NCBI GenBank assembly: GCA_963715195.1
Contig: CAVQRT010000014.1
Coordinates: forward strand, 20,428-84,427
DNA length: 64,000 bases
Direction: 5' to 3'
DNA from: Thermodesulfovibrionales bacterium
Lineage (GTDB): Bacteria; Nitrospirota; Thermodesulfovibrionia; Thermodesulfovibrionales; SM23-35
Below, one piece after another: positions 28,192 through 38,085 of the stretch; the first letter of the stretch is position 1, and the number at the start of each line of letters is the position of its first letter. The notes under the pieces were generated by a model. The model did not search any database and was not told where the DNA came from. It worked only from the letters and a program-made list of their open reading frames with translations. The position numbers and the translations under genes are program-made.

Positions 28192-30172
28192 TACGCTTTC
28201 TGCCCTCCAGGACCATCTTGCCAAATTAACAGGCCTTTCTCTTGCCCTTTATGGTGAAAGAGGCAATGTTCTTATGCCTCCGGTCAATGAAAATAAACTT
28301 TTGTCATCCCTGAGGGCTCTGCCGGGAGGGAGAGATGAATATCATGATTTCATAAAGAATGTCATTGAGAAGGCGCTCCAGAGAACCGACATTTCCTTCT
28401 TTAAAGGTCCCGGCGAGATGTATTACTTCCTTATGCCGGTCCGTGTCGAAGACTCGACGGTTATTGTAGCCGGCGGTGGGGTGTTCGTCTCTGCTGCTGA
28501 TCGTGATACTTTTCTCAAAACAACAGGCGCTGCTTACGGCTTTACGCCGGATCAACAAAAAGCCATGATTCAGGAGATACCGATAAGAGACCTTGCCGAA
28601 CTGCAGGATGCTGCACGGAATGTCTGTTCAATTTTCAGCCTCGGACTTCAGAGCAGCTGCAAAGAGACGTTTCTCGAGAAAAGGTTCAGACTCATAAAAA
28701 CGGTTTTCAGTCTTCTCTCAGAAATACACCGTGAACAACAGGCTGATGAGATGTATGACATCATACTCGATATGATCCTCTTCCTGTTTAATGCCGAGAG
28801 TATAGCTGTCATGATCAGGGATAACCGCACCTTTAACCCTCATAAATCGGCCGGGAAATTCAGGGATTACCTGCAGACGGTATCTTTAGAGACAACCGGT
28901 ATGCTTGCTGAAGTCGTTGAGAGGCAACAACCCCTCTATTCAGAATCTGTCATGGATCTCCTCCGGTTTGGTTTCAGTGACAAAATTACTTCAATGTATG
29001 TTTTCCCGATCATATCTGATGATACCGTAACCGGTCTGTTGAATATTTATAACTCTGTTCTCTCTCAGGAAGATTCCGAGATAATTTTTGAAACGTGCAG
29101 GACGATAAGCGGCTCTCTCAGAATTTCGAAGCTTCGGGAGATATACCAGAAATGTCTGAAGGAGATGGAAGTCCTGAATACGGCCGCTTCGCGTCTCATT
29201 CCCATCAAAGAGCCGGATATGCTCTATGAAACGATACTGGACATGTCCGTTTATCTTACCGAAGCCGAAAAGGGCTCGCTGATGCTTGTCAGCGATGATG
29301 CCGCATGCCTTACGGTAAAGGCTGCCAAGGGGATCAACCGGAGGCTTCTGACGGATATCAGGATACGGGCCGGCGAAGGAATTGCCGGCTGGGTATTCAG
29401 AGAAGGTGTCCCGCTCGTGATGGAAGACATCGAAAAGAATGAATGGGGATTCCCGAAAAGGCATAAATACAAGACAGGCTCGTTCATCAGCTTACCCCTG
29501 AAAATCGGGGAGAAAACCATCGGTGTGCTCAACATGTCTGACAAGATTACCGGTGAAGTTTTTTCAGCAGAAGATATGGCGCTCATCAGTTCCTTTGCAG
29601 CCTATGCTTCAATCGCGCTCGAGCGCTCAACCTATTACAGGCTCGCAGGGCATTTGAAAGAGCTGTCTATTACCGATTCCCTCACGGGGCTTTTCAACAG
29701 ACGCTATTTTGAGGAGAGATTCTTTGAAGAGCTGAACCGTTCTGATCGTCATAATCTGTCTTTTTCTCTTTCGATGATCGACATCGATGATTTCAAACTC
29801 TTTAACGATTCCGAAGGGCACCTTGCAGGCGATGAAATTCTCAAGTCTATCGCCGATATTGCGAAAGACTGCCTGCGCGTGAGTGATGTAATAGCGAGGT
29901 TTGGCGGAGAGGAATTCGCCGTCATCATGCCGCAGACGGAGCGGGAAGAAGCGATTCTGGTCTCGGAGAGAATCCGAAAATCCATAAAAGAAGAGATACC
30001 CTGTACCTGGAGCACCTTCCCGAGAAAATCGATAACGGTCAGCATCGGCATTGCAACCTTCCCTTTCGACGGAAAAGAGAGAAAGGAACTCATACGGAAC
30101 GCCGACAAGGCTCTGTACGTCGCCAAGATGGAGGGGAAAGACAGGACAGTCCTCTGGCAGTACAAAAGCTAA
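28172..30172 (+). CDS. sensor diguanylate cyclase (N-terminal sensory region + GAF-like domains + GGDEF)
   Basis: C-terminal GGDEF domain with active site RFGGEEFAVIMP and an I-site RVSD five residues upstream. The middle region is GAF-like (..GEGIAGWVFREGVPL..). The N-terminus is possibly PocR-like, which is tentative. It overlaps the folK end by 20 nt. Confidence 0.85.
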   Translation: MEYLNIDTLSALQDHLAKLTGLSLALYGERGNVLMPPVNENKLLSSLRALPGGRDEYHDFIKNVIEKALQRTDISFFKGPGEMYYFLMPVRVEDSTVIVAGGGVFVSAADRDTFLKTTGAAYGFTPDQQKAMIQEIPIRDLAELQDAARNVCSIFSLGLQSSCKETFLEKRFRLIKTVFSLLSEIHREQQADEMYDIILDMILFLFNAESIAVMIRDNRTFNPHKSAGKFRDYLQTVSLETTGMLAEVVERQQPLYSESVMDLLRFGFSDKITSMYVFPIISDDTVTGLLNIYNSVLSQEDSEIIFETCRTISGSLRISKLREIYQKCLKEMEVLNTAASRLIPIKEPDMLYETILDMSVYLTEAEKGSLMLVSDDAACLTVKAAKGINRRLLTDIRIRAGEGIAGWVFREGVPLVMEDIEKNEWGFPKRHKYKTGSFISLPLKIGEKTIGVLNMSDKITGEVFSAEDMALISSFAAYASIALERSTYYRLAGHLKELSITDSLTGLFNRRYFEERFFEELNRSDRHNLSFSLSMIDIDDFKLFNDSEGHLAGDEILKSIADIAKDCLRVSDVIARFGGEEFAVIMPQTEREEAILVSERIRKSIKEEIPCTWSTFPRKSITVSIGIATFPFDGKERKELIRNADKALYVAKMEGKDRTVLWQYKS

Positions 30173-30780
30173 TGCTTTTTTACAAACTCTCCGAAATTCT
30201 TTAAAACCCTCAGACCCGTTTCCTGGCTCTTTTCGGGATGGAACTGGGTTGCAATGATGTTTTCTTTCCAGACCATGGATACAAATGTTCCTCCATAATC
30301 GGTTGTCGCTGCTATTACGTCGTTATCGAGCGGTACCACATAAAAAGAATGAACAAAGTAAAAGAATGATTCATCGGGGATCTCTTCAAAGATTGGGGGC
30401 TTCCTGACCATCTTCACGTTGTTCCATCCCATGTGAGGCACCTTGAGGCCGGTCTGAAATTTCACGACCCGTCCCGGGAATACGTCAAGACCCTTGCAAA
30501 TCCCGAACTCCTCTGATTCGCTGAACAGCACCTGCAGTCCAAGGCAGATGCCGAGAAACGGCTTCCCTTTCCGGATCGATCTTACAACAGGTTCTGTCAG
30601 TGACATCTGCTCGAGGTTTTTCATGCAGTCCCGAAAGGCACCGACGCCGGGAAGGACAAGCGCCTGTGCATCGTCGATTGCCCTGGGGGCTGTAACCACT
30701 CCCGCATCAATCCCCGCTTTCTGGAATCCTTTCTCAACGCTCCGCAGGTTGCCCATCCCATAATCGATAATCGCAATCAT
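30169..30780 (-). CDS. hisH: imidazole glycerol phosphate synthase, glutamine amidotransferase subunit
   Basis: Canonical start MIAIIDYGMGNLRSV at 30780, catalytic ..GICLGLQ.. and ..QFHPEKS.. motifs. The 41 upstream codons in the ORF track are not HisH-like. Confidence 0.9.
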   Translation of the reverse strand: MIAIIDYGMGNLRSVEKGFQKAGIDAGVVTAPRAIDDAQALVLPGVGAFRDCMKNLEQMSLTEPVVRSIRKGKPFLGICLGLQVLFSESEEFGICKGLDVFPGRVVKFQTGLKVPHMGWNNVKMVRKPPIFEEIPDESFFYFVHSFYVVPLDNDVIAATTDYGGTFVSMVWKENIIATQFHPEKSQETGLRVLKNFGEFVKKH

Positions 30781-30915
30781 GGGATTATTATACATCGATC
30801 CGGGGATTTGAGGACGCAGGGACCCGGGATACAACTGGTTGTGAGAAATAGGCCTGAATGATATAGTTTCATTGATCTTTTCACTCGAACCCTTCCAAAT
30901 CATTGCCTGCCTTTA

Positions 30916-31548
30916 TTGACACGCAGCCTGGCGGATGTGTTCAGGCAGCAGGGCGGGAAACATTTTCTCTCTGTAAGCCCGGTTGAAAGCCCTTACACAG
31001 AAACAACGAGACTCTTTTTACACTGTCTTGAAGCAGGCCTGAGAACGATTTTTACCAAGTCGCGAAAGATTACGGAACTGATCTATTCATGGGCAATCGA
31101 CCGCGCACCGGAACTGAGGGTCTCTGGATACCGATTGATGAAAGCACGCAATCAGTCCTGCAATCACATGGATGCGACCTTGCCGGGAGCTTTCATGCGG
31201 TTGAGCACACGGCGATAGCATGCATTCCGCTCTTTGCCCTCTGCGACAGGGGGGATATCGGAGGATTAAGTTATCCTCTGTACCCTCAGTTTAAAAAACC
31301 TGCGATCTTTCTGTACGATGGCCACGAAGGCGGCATAAGGGCTCACAAGAAGGGCATTGGCTGTGCTCGTTGACTGGTTCAGCACAACACTCAGGGTTAT
31401 CGAAGAATGCCCCTGTGCCGATGGATGGTCGTCATGCGTGCAGGATCCGCAATGCGGTTCAGGCAACCTCCCCTCGATAAGGAAGGGGCAAAAATACTTC
31501 TCAGGAGATGGCTTGGAGGAATTCCATATTGCGAATGATAATCTCTAA
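30916..31548 (+). pseudogene. remnant of a DEAD/DEAH-box helicase with C-terminal DUF1998/MrfA-type zinc domain
   Basis: Three frame-shifted fragments are present. The first is a helicase-C start (..TIFTKSRKITELIY..DRAPELRVSGYR). The second is the DUF1998 core (..AGSFHAVEHTAIACIPLFALCDRGDIGGLSYP..IFLYDGHEGG). The third is a degenerate Cys cluster (ECPCADGWSSCVQDPQCGSGN). The N-terminal DEAD domain and ~300 internal residues are missing. Confidence 0.7.
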
Positions 31549-32462
31549 TCAGTTTTTAACAGTACCTCTATTTTTGCCTTTGATCTGAGACTCTCAGTCC
31601 ATTTTTCCCTCAATTCCTTTGCCCGTTCTGCCTCAAGCTCCCGCCGGAGGTTTTCCCGGGTCTCCTCGAAGGTCATCTGGTGCTCGGGTATTTTATCATC
31701 GACCTTGATGATGAAGTAGTTCGTCTCGGCTTTGATAATGTCGCTCACCTCTCCAGCCTTCAGCTTGAATGCTACCTCATCAATTTCAGGGAGCATTCTC
31801 CCTTTATGGATATATCCGATGTCGCCGCCTTTTACCCGGTAACTGTCTTCCGATAAATTGGATGCCAGTTCACCAAAGTCATCTCCATCCTTCAGCTTTG
31901 CAAGGATATCCTTGGCTTTTTGCTCGTCTTTGGTGGAGATGATCCTGAGTTTCACCTTTTCCGGCTCTTTAAATTTAGCAGTATTTTCCTCGTAGTATGC
32001 TCTCAACGCAGATTCGCTTATCTCGGCCTTCTCGGTTACGTTCCTGGTGTAGGCAGCCTGGGCGAGCAATTCCCTCTCAATGCGTGTTCGTACCTGTGCT
32101 TCTGTGGCCTTTTCTCTTTCAAGGGCTTTTTGATATTCCTCTTCGGATCTGAACCGTTTCTTAAATTTCTCAATCTGAGCATCGATTTTTTCTTTTTCTA
32201 TTTTGATATTCTGTGCCTTTGCATCCTGATACTGGAGCTCTCTGTTTATAATCTCATCAAGGGCTTTCCCGTAGTATAACTTCCGTTTTTCCGGAGGCAC
32301 ATTCCGGTGAAACGTCATCCGGGGGATGAGCCTGTCAACCTCTTCCTCAAGGTCTTTCTGGGTGAAAACAACGCCGTTTACTTTGGCGACGATTGCATCC
32401 TCAGCATACGAGGAAACGGTAAAGAGCGCGATCATGAGCAATGACAGGAATATTTTCAGCAT
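31545..32462 (-). CDS. periplasmic parvulin-type peptidyl-prolyl isomerase (SurA/PrsA-like)
   Basis: Signal peptide MLKIFLSLLMIALFTVSSYAEDA starts at ATG 32462 with a GGAGAT SD. The PpiC domain reads ..GGDIGYIHKGRMLPEIDEVAFKLKAGEVSDIIK.. . The longer ORF-track version (to 32720) runs into the neighbouring gene. Confidence 0.85.
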   Translation of the reverse strand: MLKIFLSLLMIALFTVSSYAEDAIVAKVNGVVFTQKDLEEEVDRLIPRMTFHRNVPPEKRKLYYGKALDEIINRELQYQDAKAQNIKIEKEKIDAQIEKFKKRFRSEEEYQKALEREKATEAQVRTRIERELLAQAAYTRNVTEKAEISESALRAYYEENTAKFKEPEKVKLRIISTKDEQKAKDILAKLKDGDDFGELASNLSEDSYRVKGGDIGYIHKGRMLPEIDEVAFKLKAGEVSDIIKAETNYFIIKVDDKIPEHQMTFEETRENLRRELEAERAKELREKWTESLRSKAKIEVLLKTD

Positions 32463-32545
32463 GGTTATCTCCTTTTCTCTTTCTTTTATATTGCTTGAAA
32501 GAAAGGACAACATGCAAGAAGAAAGCGGCTGCCCCGTGAGAAAAT

Positions 32546-33235
32546 TTATGATGCATATACCGAAAGGTATATATCTTCCTGTATGTGCCTCAGGGTCAGG
32601 GCGGGAGAGATTTCGGTTAAGGCGAATGTCAATATTGCTTCGGGTTTCACATAGAATAATTCCACATTCCTCCGGGGTACATAGTAAGTGAGAAAGTTCG
32701 CATGGAGGGATTCCCTGCACAAGAGGAACAGTTTTTTCAGTAAGCGCTTCGCGGATTCTTCGATTCCGGCTATTCTAAAATTGAATACCCCGATTGCGAT
32801 GATCACATCAAAGCGGAGATCAAGTGACTCCTCATCGATATCCATGGCGATGAACCGTGTCCGGGGGTATTTCTGCCGGGCGAGCGTTATGAGGTTTTCA
32901 TTGACATCAATCCCCCAGTATGAAACAGAAATGCCATGATCCCTGAGAAACCCGTAAAAATCTCCTTTCCCGCATCCAAAATCAAGGATAGTCTTGCCCG
33001 AGAGGTCGCCTGTTATCGTGAGGAAGGTTTTATACCTTCTCATTTGTCCTTCGGGCGTCCACCGGACAGCCTGTGGAGTATCACCAAAGTCTCTCAGGTG
33101 CCGGTTAAAGAAATTGAGAAGTTCCTGTTTGCCGAGCGGGTCCATGGATATGTTTTCATAGTACCATAGATGGATAATTCGGTTTGTTCTGTGGTAGAGT
33201 TCAAGAATAGAAGAATACTGAAAACGGGAAAGCAC
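32546..33235 (-). CDS. class I SAM-dependent methyltransferase
   Basis: Motif I ILDFGCGKGDF. The start is uncertain. ATG 33145 (MDPLGKQELL) is more plausible than 33235, which would leave only 2 bp to the divergent gene. Confidence 0.7.
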   Translation of the reverse strand: MLSRFQYSSILELYHRTNRIIHLWYYENISMDPLGKQELLNFFNRHLRDFGDTPQAVRWTPEGQMRRYKTFLTITGDLSGKTILDFGCGKGDFYGFLRDHGISVSYWGIDVNENLITLARQKYPRTRFIAMDIDEESLDLRFDVIIAIGVFNFRIAGIEESAKRLLKKLFLLCRESLHANFLTYYVPRRNVELFYVKPEAILTFALTEISPALTLRHIQEDIYLSVYAS

Positions 33236-33237
33236 TT

Positions 33238-33591
33238 ATGGAAGAGATCAGGTACAAGGAATACTCTGAAGAGGAATCTCATATTTATCATGAGACGTTG
33301 CAGAAAATCCTGGAAGGTTTGACTAAAGGACTGCCATTCCACGAAGCATGCAGCGCCGTTGAGTTACCCGACAAGAAACTCAGGGGGTTCATCGAAGATG
33401 ATGCATTGAAGATCATGATCGCAGATATGCACTATACCAAAGGTATTTCGCTTGAGAAGATGGCTGAAAACCTTCAGGTGCATATTGATTTACTCCGGAA
33501 ATCAAATGCCGAGATGCTCGAAGATATCGGGATGACAGTTTCGGAAATATACAAGGCAAATAATCCGGACAGCACGGTCGGAAACGCATAG
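33238..33591 (+). CDS. hypothetical helical protein, 117 aa
   Basis: Uninterrupted ORF with acidic, helical composition. It is the first gene of a tightly spaced plus-strand string ending in glyS. Confidence 0.5.
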   Translation: MEEIRYKEYSEEESHIYHETLQKILEGLTKGLPFHEACSAVELPDKKLRGFIEDDALKIMIADMHYTKGISLEKMAENLQVHIDLLRKSNAEMLEDIGMTVSEIYKANNPDSTVGNA

Positions 33592-33599
33592 GAGGAGAA

Positions 33600-33860
33600 A
33601 TGCCTGAACAGCGCAAGAAAGTCAGACTGTATTCGCTCAGCACCTGTGCGACCTGCAAAGAGGTGAGGAAGTTCCTGGAAAATCACGGCATACAATATGA
33701 ACTGACTGAAGTGGACCTGCTTGACAGTGGAGAACAGTGGCTCGCGTCCAAGGAAGTAAAGAGATATAATCCGCAGGCAACATATCCGACGCTCGTCATC
33801 GAAGAGGTTATCCTTGGACTCGATGCAGACGCCATGAAGAAAGCTCTGGAACTACCATGA
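33600..33860 (+). CDS. glutaredoxin/NrdH-like small redox protein (CATC active site)
   Basis: 86 aa with the thioredoxin-fold start VRLYSLSTCATCKEVRKFLE.. . It overlaps the next gene by 4 nt (ATGA). Confidence 0.75.
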   Translation: MPEQRKKVRLYSLSTCATCKEVRKFLENHGIQYELTEVDLLDSGEQWLASKEVKRYNPQATYPTLVIEEVILGLDADAMKKALELP

Positions 33861-34180
33861 CGGCTGAACGGCTCTTCGAAATACTGGGGAAATACGCGGA
33901 GTCACAGGGTATTGCACTCAACAAGGACAAAGACTTTGTTATGGAAATCCTCAGAGGGCTCCTTGCGAATGAATCAAGATACGGATACCGTTCCTGTCCC
34001 TGCCGTCTGGCGGCCGGAGTCAAGGAGAAAGACGCCGATATTATTTGCCCGTGTTTTTACCGGGATCCTGACATTAAAGAGTATGGAAGCTGCTACTGCC
34101 GTTTATATGTCTCCAAAGACTGGAATGAAGAAAAAATCGAGCATGTCATCGTGCCGGAACGAAGACCGCGAAGAGATTGA
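33857..34180 (+). CDS. ferredoxin:thioredoxin reductase catalytic-subunit-like protein
   Basis: 107 aa with the FTR-type cysteine pattern (CPCRL..., ICPCFY..., GSCYCRLY). Confidence 0.75.
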   Translation: MTAERLFEILGKYAESQGIALNKDKDFVMEILRGLLANESRYGYRSCPCRLAAGVKEKDADIICPCFYRDPDIKEYGSCYCRLYVSKDWNEEKIEHVIVPERRPRRD

Positions 34181-34198
34181 GAAAGACGTCGGACGGGC

Positions 34199-34573
34199 AT
34201 GTTTTCTGCAAGCAATCTTCCCCTGAGCAGTTTGAAAAAGAACAGACATATCATCGATCATCTGCTCTGGGACTTTGAACCCAAACAATTGATGCAGCCG
34301 CGGTGCGGGAGAACCGGGGAAGGTTCAGAGTCCGCAACCCTTTCCGCGGGGTACATTTTGTATATTGAAACGATGGAAAAGCATCCCGGACTTTTTCTGA
34401 TGGTCCAGAGCGCTTCCGGCTATGCCGAGACTTTTGCAAAGATCAGTGATGTGCCGGATGCTCTGCTCGCTGAGGCCATTCAGGAAAACCGGAACAGGGA
34501 ATATTTTAAAATGTATCCAATCAACGAGAAGCTGAAAGAGTGGCTGAAAAAGGAATTGAGGATAACGGAGTGA
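34199..34573 (+). CDS. hypothetical protein, 124 aa
   Basis: Uninterrupted ORF whose stop overlaps the probable glyS GTG start (GTGA). I recognise no motif. Confidence 0.45.
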   Translation: MFSASNLPLSSLKKNRHIIDHLLWDFEPKQLMQPRCGRTGEGSESATLSAGYILYIETMEKHPGLFLMVQSASGYAETFAKISDVPDALLAEAIQENRNREYFKMYPINEKLKEWLKKELRITE

Positions 34574-36648
34574 ATAATTTGTTGAATGCGTCGTTGCTGT
34601 TCGAAATCGGAACCGAGGACTTGCCTGCACGATTTATTTTTCCGGCTATCCAGCAGATGGAAGAGCAAGCCTCTGGAATCTTGCGCGAAATGCGCATTCC
34701 TTTCTCCGGGATCAAAACATACGGTACCCCGCGAAGGCTGGCGCTGATTGCAGAGGGGCTTCCCCGGTCGCAGGAAGACAGGACACGGGAAATTTTCGGG
34801 CCTTCACGGAAAGCGGCATATGATGCGAACGGGCGCCCTACAAAGGCAGCGGTCGGGTTTGCCCAGTCTCAGGGGGTAAGCGTCGAACAACTTATTATAA
34901 AAAGCAAGGATAAAGGGGAATATGTCGCAGCGGTTCTGGAAGAGAAGGGTGGTCCTGTTATTGCGGTTCTCCCCGAGATCCTGAAGAGAATCGTGCTTTC
35001 TCTCCATCTCCCGAAATCCATGAGATGGGCTGACGGGGATCTCCGGTTTGCCCGTCCAATACGTTGGTTGTTGGCCCTCTTTGATGACGAAACGGTCAGT
35101 TTTGACATTGACGGAATCAGAAGCAGCAACACCACAATGGGGCACAGGTTCCTGTCTCCCGCGGCTTTCAAGCTCCAGAAAATTTCAGGATACAAGAGCA
35201 TGCTCGCCAATAAACATGTTGTTGTCGATCAGGAGGAACGGAAGAAGATCATAGTGGATGCCATGGAAGTACTCCTTGGTTCCCTTGGTGAAAAACCCGT
35301 GCAGGATGAGGAACTCCTTGAAACCGTTGTGAATCTGGTGGAGTATCCGGTCCCTGTGCTTGCAACGTTTCCTGCAGCGTATCTCGGCCTCCCCAGGGAA
35401 CTGCTGATAACCGTTATGAAAGGCCATCAGAAATATTTTGCTGTCGAGAAAGCGGAGAGCACCATAACCAATCATTTTGTGGTCATTAGCAATACCAGTG
35501 AAGAGAATGCCGGTACGGTCCGGGTCGGTGCGGAACGGGTGATCAGAGCACGGTTTGAAGACGCCCGCTTTTATTTTGAGGAGGACCGGAAAGTTCCTCT
35601 CCACACGAGGATGGAATATCTGAGAAAAGTAACCTTCCACGAGCGTCTTGGGAGCCTCTATGACAAGACTGAGCGGATTGTCTCGATTGCCGCATTTCTT
35701 GCAGGCCGGGTCTTTCCGGCTCTCAAGGAACATGTAGTTCGTGCTGCCCGGCTTGCGAAGACCGACCTTATTACCGGTGTTGTCAGGGAATTTCCTGAGC
35801 TCCAGGGAATTATGGGTAAATATTATGCACTGCATGACGGGGAATCAAAGGAAGTAGCGGATGCCCTCGAAGAGCAGTACCTACCGGCATATTCCGGCGG
35901 AGCACTTCCGAGAACGGATGCCGGAGCGCTCCTCAGCATTGCTGACAAGATTGATACCGTCGCCGGTTTTTTCTCCATAGGAATTATGCCGACCGGGTCT
36001 GAAGACCCTTTTGCATTGCGCCGGCAGGCCCTTGGCATTATTGCAATCATGATGGACAAATCGATTGATGTGCCAGTGCAAGACCTTGTTGACAAGGCAT
36101 TCGGTACCTTGCCTCATGGTGAGAGCATTGATGTAATGAAAGAGCAAATGCTACGGTTTGTTCGGAACAGAGTGGAGGCAGTCTTGTCAGATCTTGGTTA
36201 CAGTTCTGATTTCGTACAGTCTGCACTTCCGGTATGCCTTCGTATTCCACTGTTTGCTGTCAGGGAAAGACTCGATGCCCTGAAGAGGTGCAGGGATCAT
36301 CCTGCATATTGTGATTTCCTGGTTGCCATGAAGCGGGTGAACAACATTATTCCGAAATCACCCATGCCTTCGGTTAGACCGGAACTACTTCTCGAAGAAC
36401 AGGAAATCAGTCTCAGTGCGAAGCTTAATTCCATGCGCGGTGAGATTGAGAGTCTGGTAGACAACAAACGGTATGATGATGCTGTTATCCTGCTTTTTTC
36501 GCTGACGGAAGCTGTCAACCGGTTTTTTGATCATATCCTCGTCATGGACAAACGGGAGGAAATAAAGCAGAACAGGCTTTCACTGCTGCAGGATATCTGG
36601 CAGACGGTTTCCGCTCTCGCTGATTTTTCAAAGCTTTCATCGAATTAG
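34570..36648 (+). CDS. glyS: glycine--tRNA ligase beta subunit
   Basis: N-terminal LLFEIGTEDLPARF motif and about 690 aa. The ORF is open from ATG 34540. GTG 34570 gives the canonical N-terminus and coupling with the upstream stop. Confidence 0.9.
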   Translation: MNNLLNASLLFEIGTEDLPARFIFPAIQQMEEQASGILREMRIPFSGIKTYGTPRRLALIAEGLPRSQEDRTREIFGPSRKAAYDANGRPTKAAVGFAQSQGVSVEQLIIKSKDKGEYVAAVLEEKGGPVIAVLPEILKRIVLSLHLPKSMRWADGDLRFARPIRWLLALFDDETVSFDIDGIRSSNTTMGHRFLSPAAFKLQKISGYKSMLANKHVVVDQEERKKIIVDAMEVLLGSLGEKPVQDEELLETVVNLVEYPVPVLATFPAAYLGLPRELLITVMKGHQKYFAVEKAESTITNHFVVISNTSEENAGTVRVGAERVIRARFEDARFYFEEDRKVPLHTRMEYLRKVTFHERLGSLYDKTERIVSIAAFLAGRVFPALKEHVVRAARLAKTDLITGVVREFPELQGIMGKYYALHDGESKEVADALEEQYLPAYSGGALPRTDAGALLSIADKIDTVAGFFSIGIMPTGSEDPFALRRQALGIIAIMMDKSIDVPVQDLVDKAFGTLPHGESIDVMKEQMLRFVRNRVEAVLSDLGYSSDFVQSALPVCLRIPLFAVRERLDALKRCRDHPAYCDFLVAMKRVNNIIPKSPMPSVRPELLLEEQEISLSAKLNSMRGEIESLVDNKRYDDAVILLFSLTEAVNRFFDHILVMDKREEIKQNRLSLLQDIWQTVSALADFSKLSSN

Positions 36649-36870
36649 TCCGCATAATCTATAAACTTGACAGGTTAACCCAAGACGTGCGGACATTCTT
36701 CGAAAAATTGTGTAAGTCGATGATTTGATTGAAATATCTCTTGTCTCTGTTTAGACAAAAATATTCTTAAAACTATCAGTTCAAGGTACACTGTGGCGTC
36801 GGAAAATACTGTTTCTCTCAAAATGAGTACCTTTCGAATACATTCTTCAGATTAACGGGTACAATAAACA

Positions 36871-38073
36871 GTGGCCAATGCTCTGCGGTTTGCAGCATTA
36901 CAGAACAGGGATTTCAGGCTCTTCTGGTTCGGTCAGCTTATCTCGCTCTCCGGAACCTGGATGCAGTCTGTTGCCCAGGGCTGGCTGGTGTACAGTCTCA
37001 CAAAATCACCGTTCTATCTCGGTCTGGTTGCGGCAAGCGGTACCCTGCCGATCCTGCTCTTTACCCTTGCGGGGGGCATTGTGGCAGACAGATTCCGGAA
37101 GAGAAATCTGCTCATCCTGACACAGGCTTTATCGATCGTCCCCGCGCTTGCACTCGGAATACTGACGAATATCCATGTGATCGCGGTCTGGCAGGTTGCC
37201 TTGTTTGCAGCAGTTCTCGGCACCGTCAACGCATTTGATGTTCCTGCACGGCAATCATTTATTGTCGAGATGGTGGGAAGAACTCATCTCACGAATGCTA
37301 TTGCCCTGAATTCTGCTGCCTTTCATGGCGCGCGCATGGTTGGTCCGGTTATCGCCGGGATTGCAATAGCTTCCGTGGGGCTCTCCGCATGTTTTTATTT
37401 GAATGCCCTTAGCTTCGTTGCTGTTATTATAGCCCTCTCAAAGGTTCGCGCGCGGGGCGAAATCCATGAAAAATCGAACGGCATGGTAAACGATCTCCTC
37501 GATGGCCTGCGCTATATCAGGGGGCAATCCGCAATCTTTCAGATCATCATCCTTATCGCGATATTCAGTCTCCTCGGCATGCCGTTCATGACACTGCTTC
37601 CTGTTTTCGCAGCGGAGGTATTTCACAAGGGACCGGAGGGGTTTGGAATTATGGTGGGTGCAACAGGGGCGGGTGCCCTGCTGGCAGCATTATTCATTGC
37701 GTGGAGAGATGACATCGTTGAAAAAACGAGGTTCATGGCTGTCTCTGCTCTCTGTTTTTCTCTTCTGCTCCTCGTTTTTTCGTTCATACATCATTTTTCA
37801 ATCGGTATCGCCATATTGGTATGCATAGGATGGAGTCTGGTGAGTTTTTTTGCGGTCGCAAACAGCTATATCCAGCTCTCTGTCCCGGATAACCTGAGAG
37901 GACGCGCGATGAGTGTTTATGCATTCGTATTTCTTGGCACAGCTCCCATAGGGAATTCAATCATCGGTGCGGCAGCAAATGCTGCCGGCACCGCTCTCAC
38001 GGTCGGCGTGATAGCAGTTGTGTGCCTTATAACCTCCATGGTATTCTGTAGAAAAATCTGTAAAAGCCGGTAA
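36871..38073 (+). CDS. MFS transporter (EntS/DUF894-like subfamily)
   Basis: 400 aa, about 12 TM helices, N-terminus ..FRLFWFGQLISLSGTWMQSVAQGWLVY.., GTG start. Confidence 0.8.
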   Translation: MANALRFAALQNRDFRLFWFGQLISLSGTWMQSVAQGWLVYSLTKSPFYLGLVAASGTLPILLFTLAGGIVADRFRKRNLLILTQALSIVPALALGILTNIHVIAVWQVALFAAVLGTVNAFDVPARQSFIVEMVGRTHLTNAIALNSAAFHGARMVGPVIAGIAIASVGLSACFYLNALSFVAVIIALSKVRARGEIHEKSNGMVNDLLDGLRYIRGQSAIFQIIILIAIFSLLGMPFMTLLPVFAAEVFHKGPEGFGIMVGATGAGALLAALFIAWRDDIVEKTRFMAVSALCFSLLLLVFSFIHHFSIGIAILVCIGWSLVSFFAVANSYIQLSVPDNLRGRAMSVYAFVFLGTAPIGNSIIGAAANAAGTALTVGVIAVVCLITSMVFCRKICKSR

Positions 38074-38085
38074 TATATTGACTGC

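Noticed and set aside
32463-32720. An N-terminal extension of 86 aa on the PPIase ORF, overlapping the methyltransferase gene.
   Set aside because: The signal peptide and SD are at ATG 32462, and the extension is Cys/Ile-rich and overlaps the real 3' end of the neighbouring gene. Analogous extensions were rejected for hisH (30781-30903), ribE (17778-17837), the glucokinase (19752-19820), the surA-like gene (49759-49899) and glgP (3029-3100).
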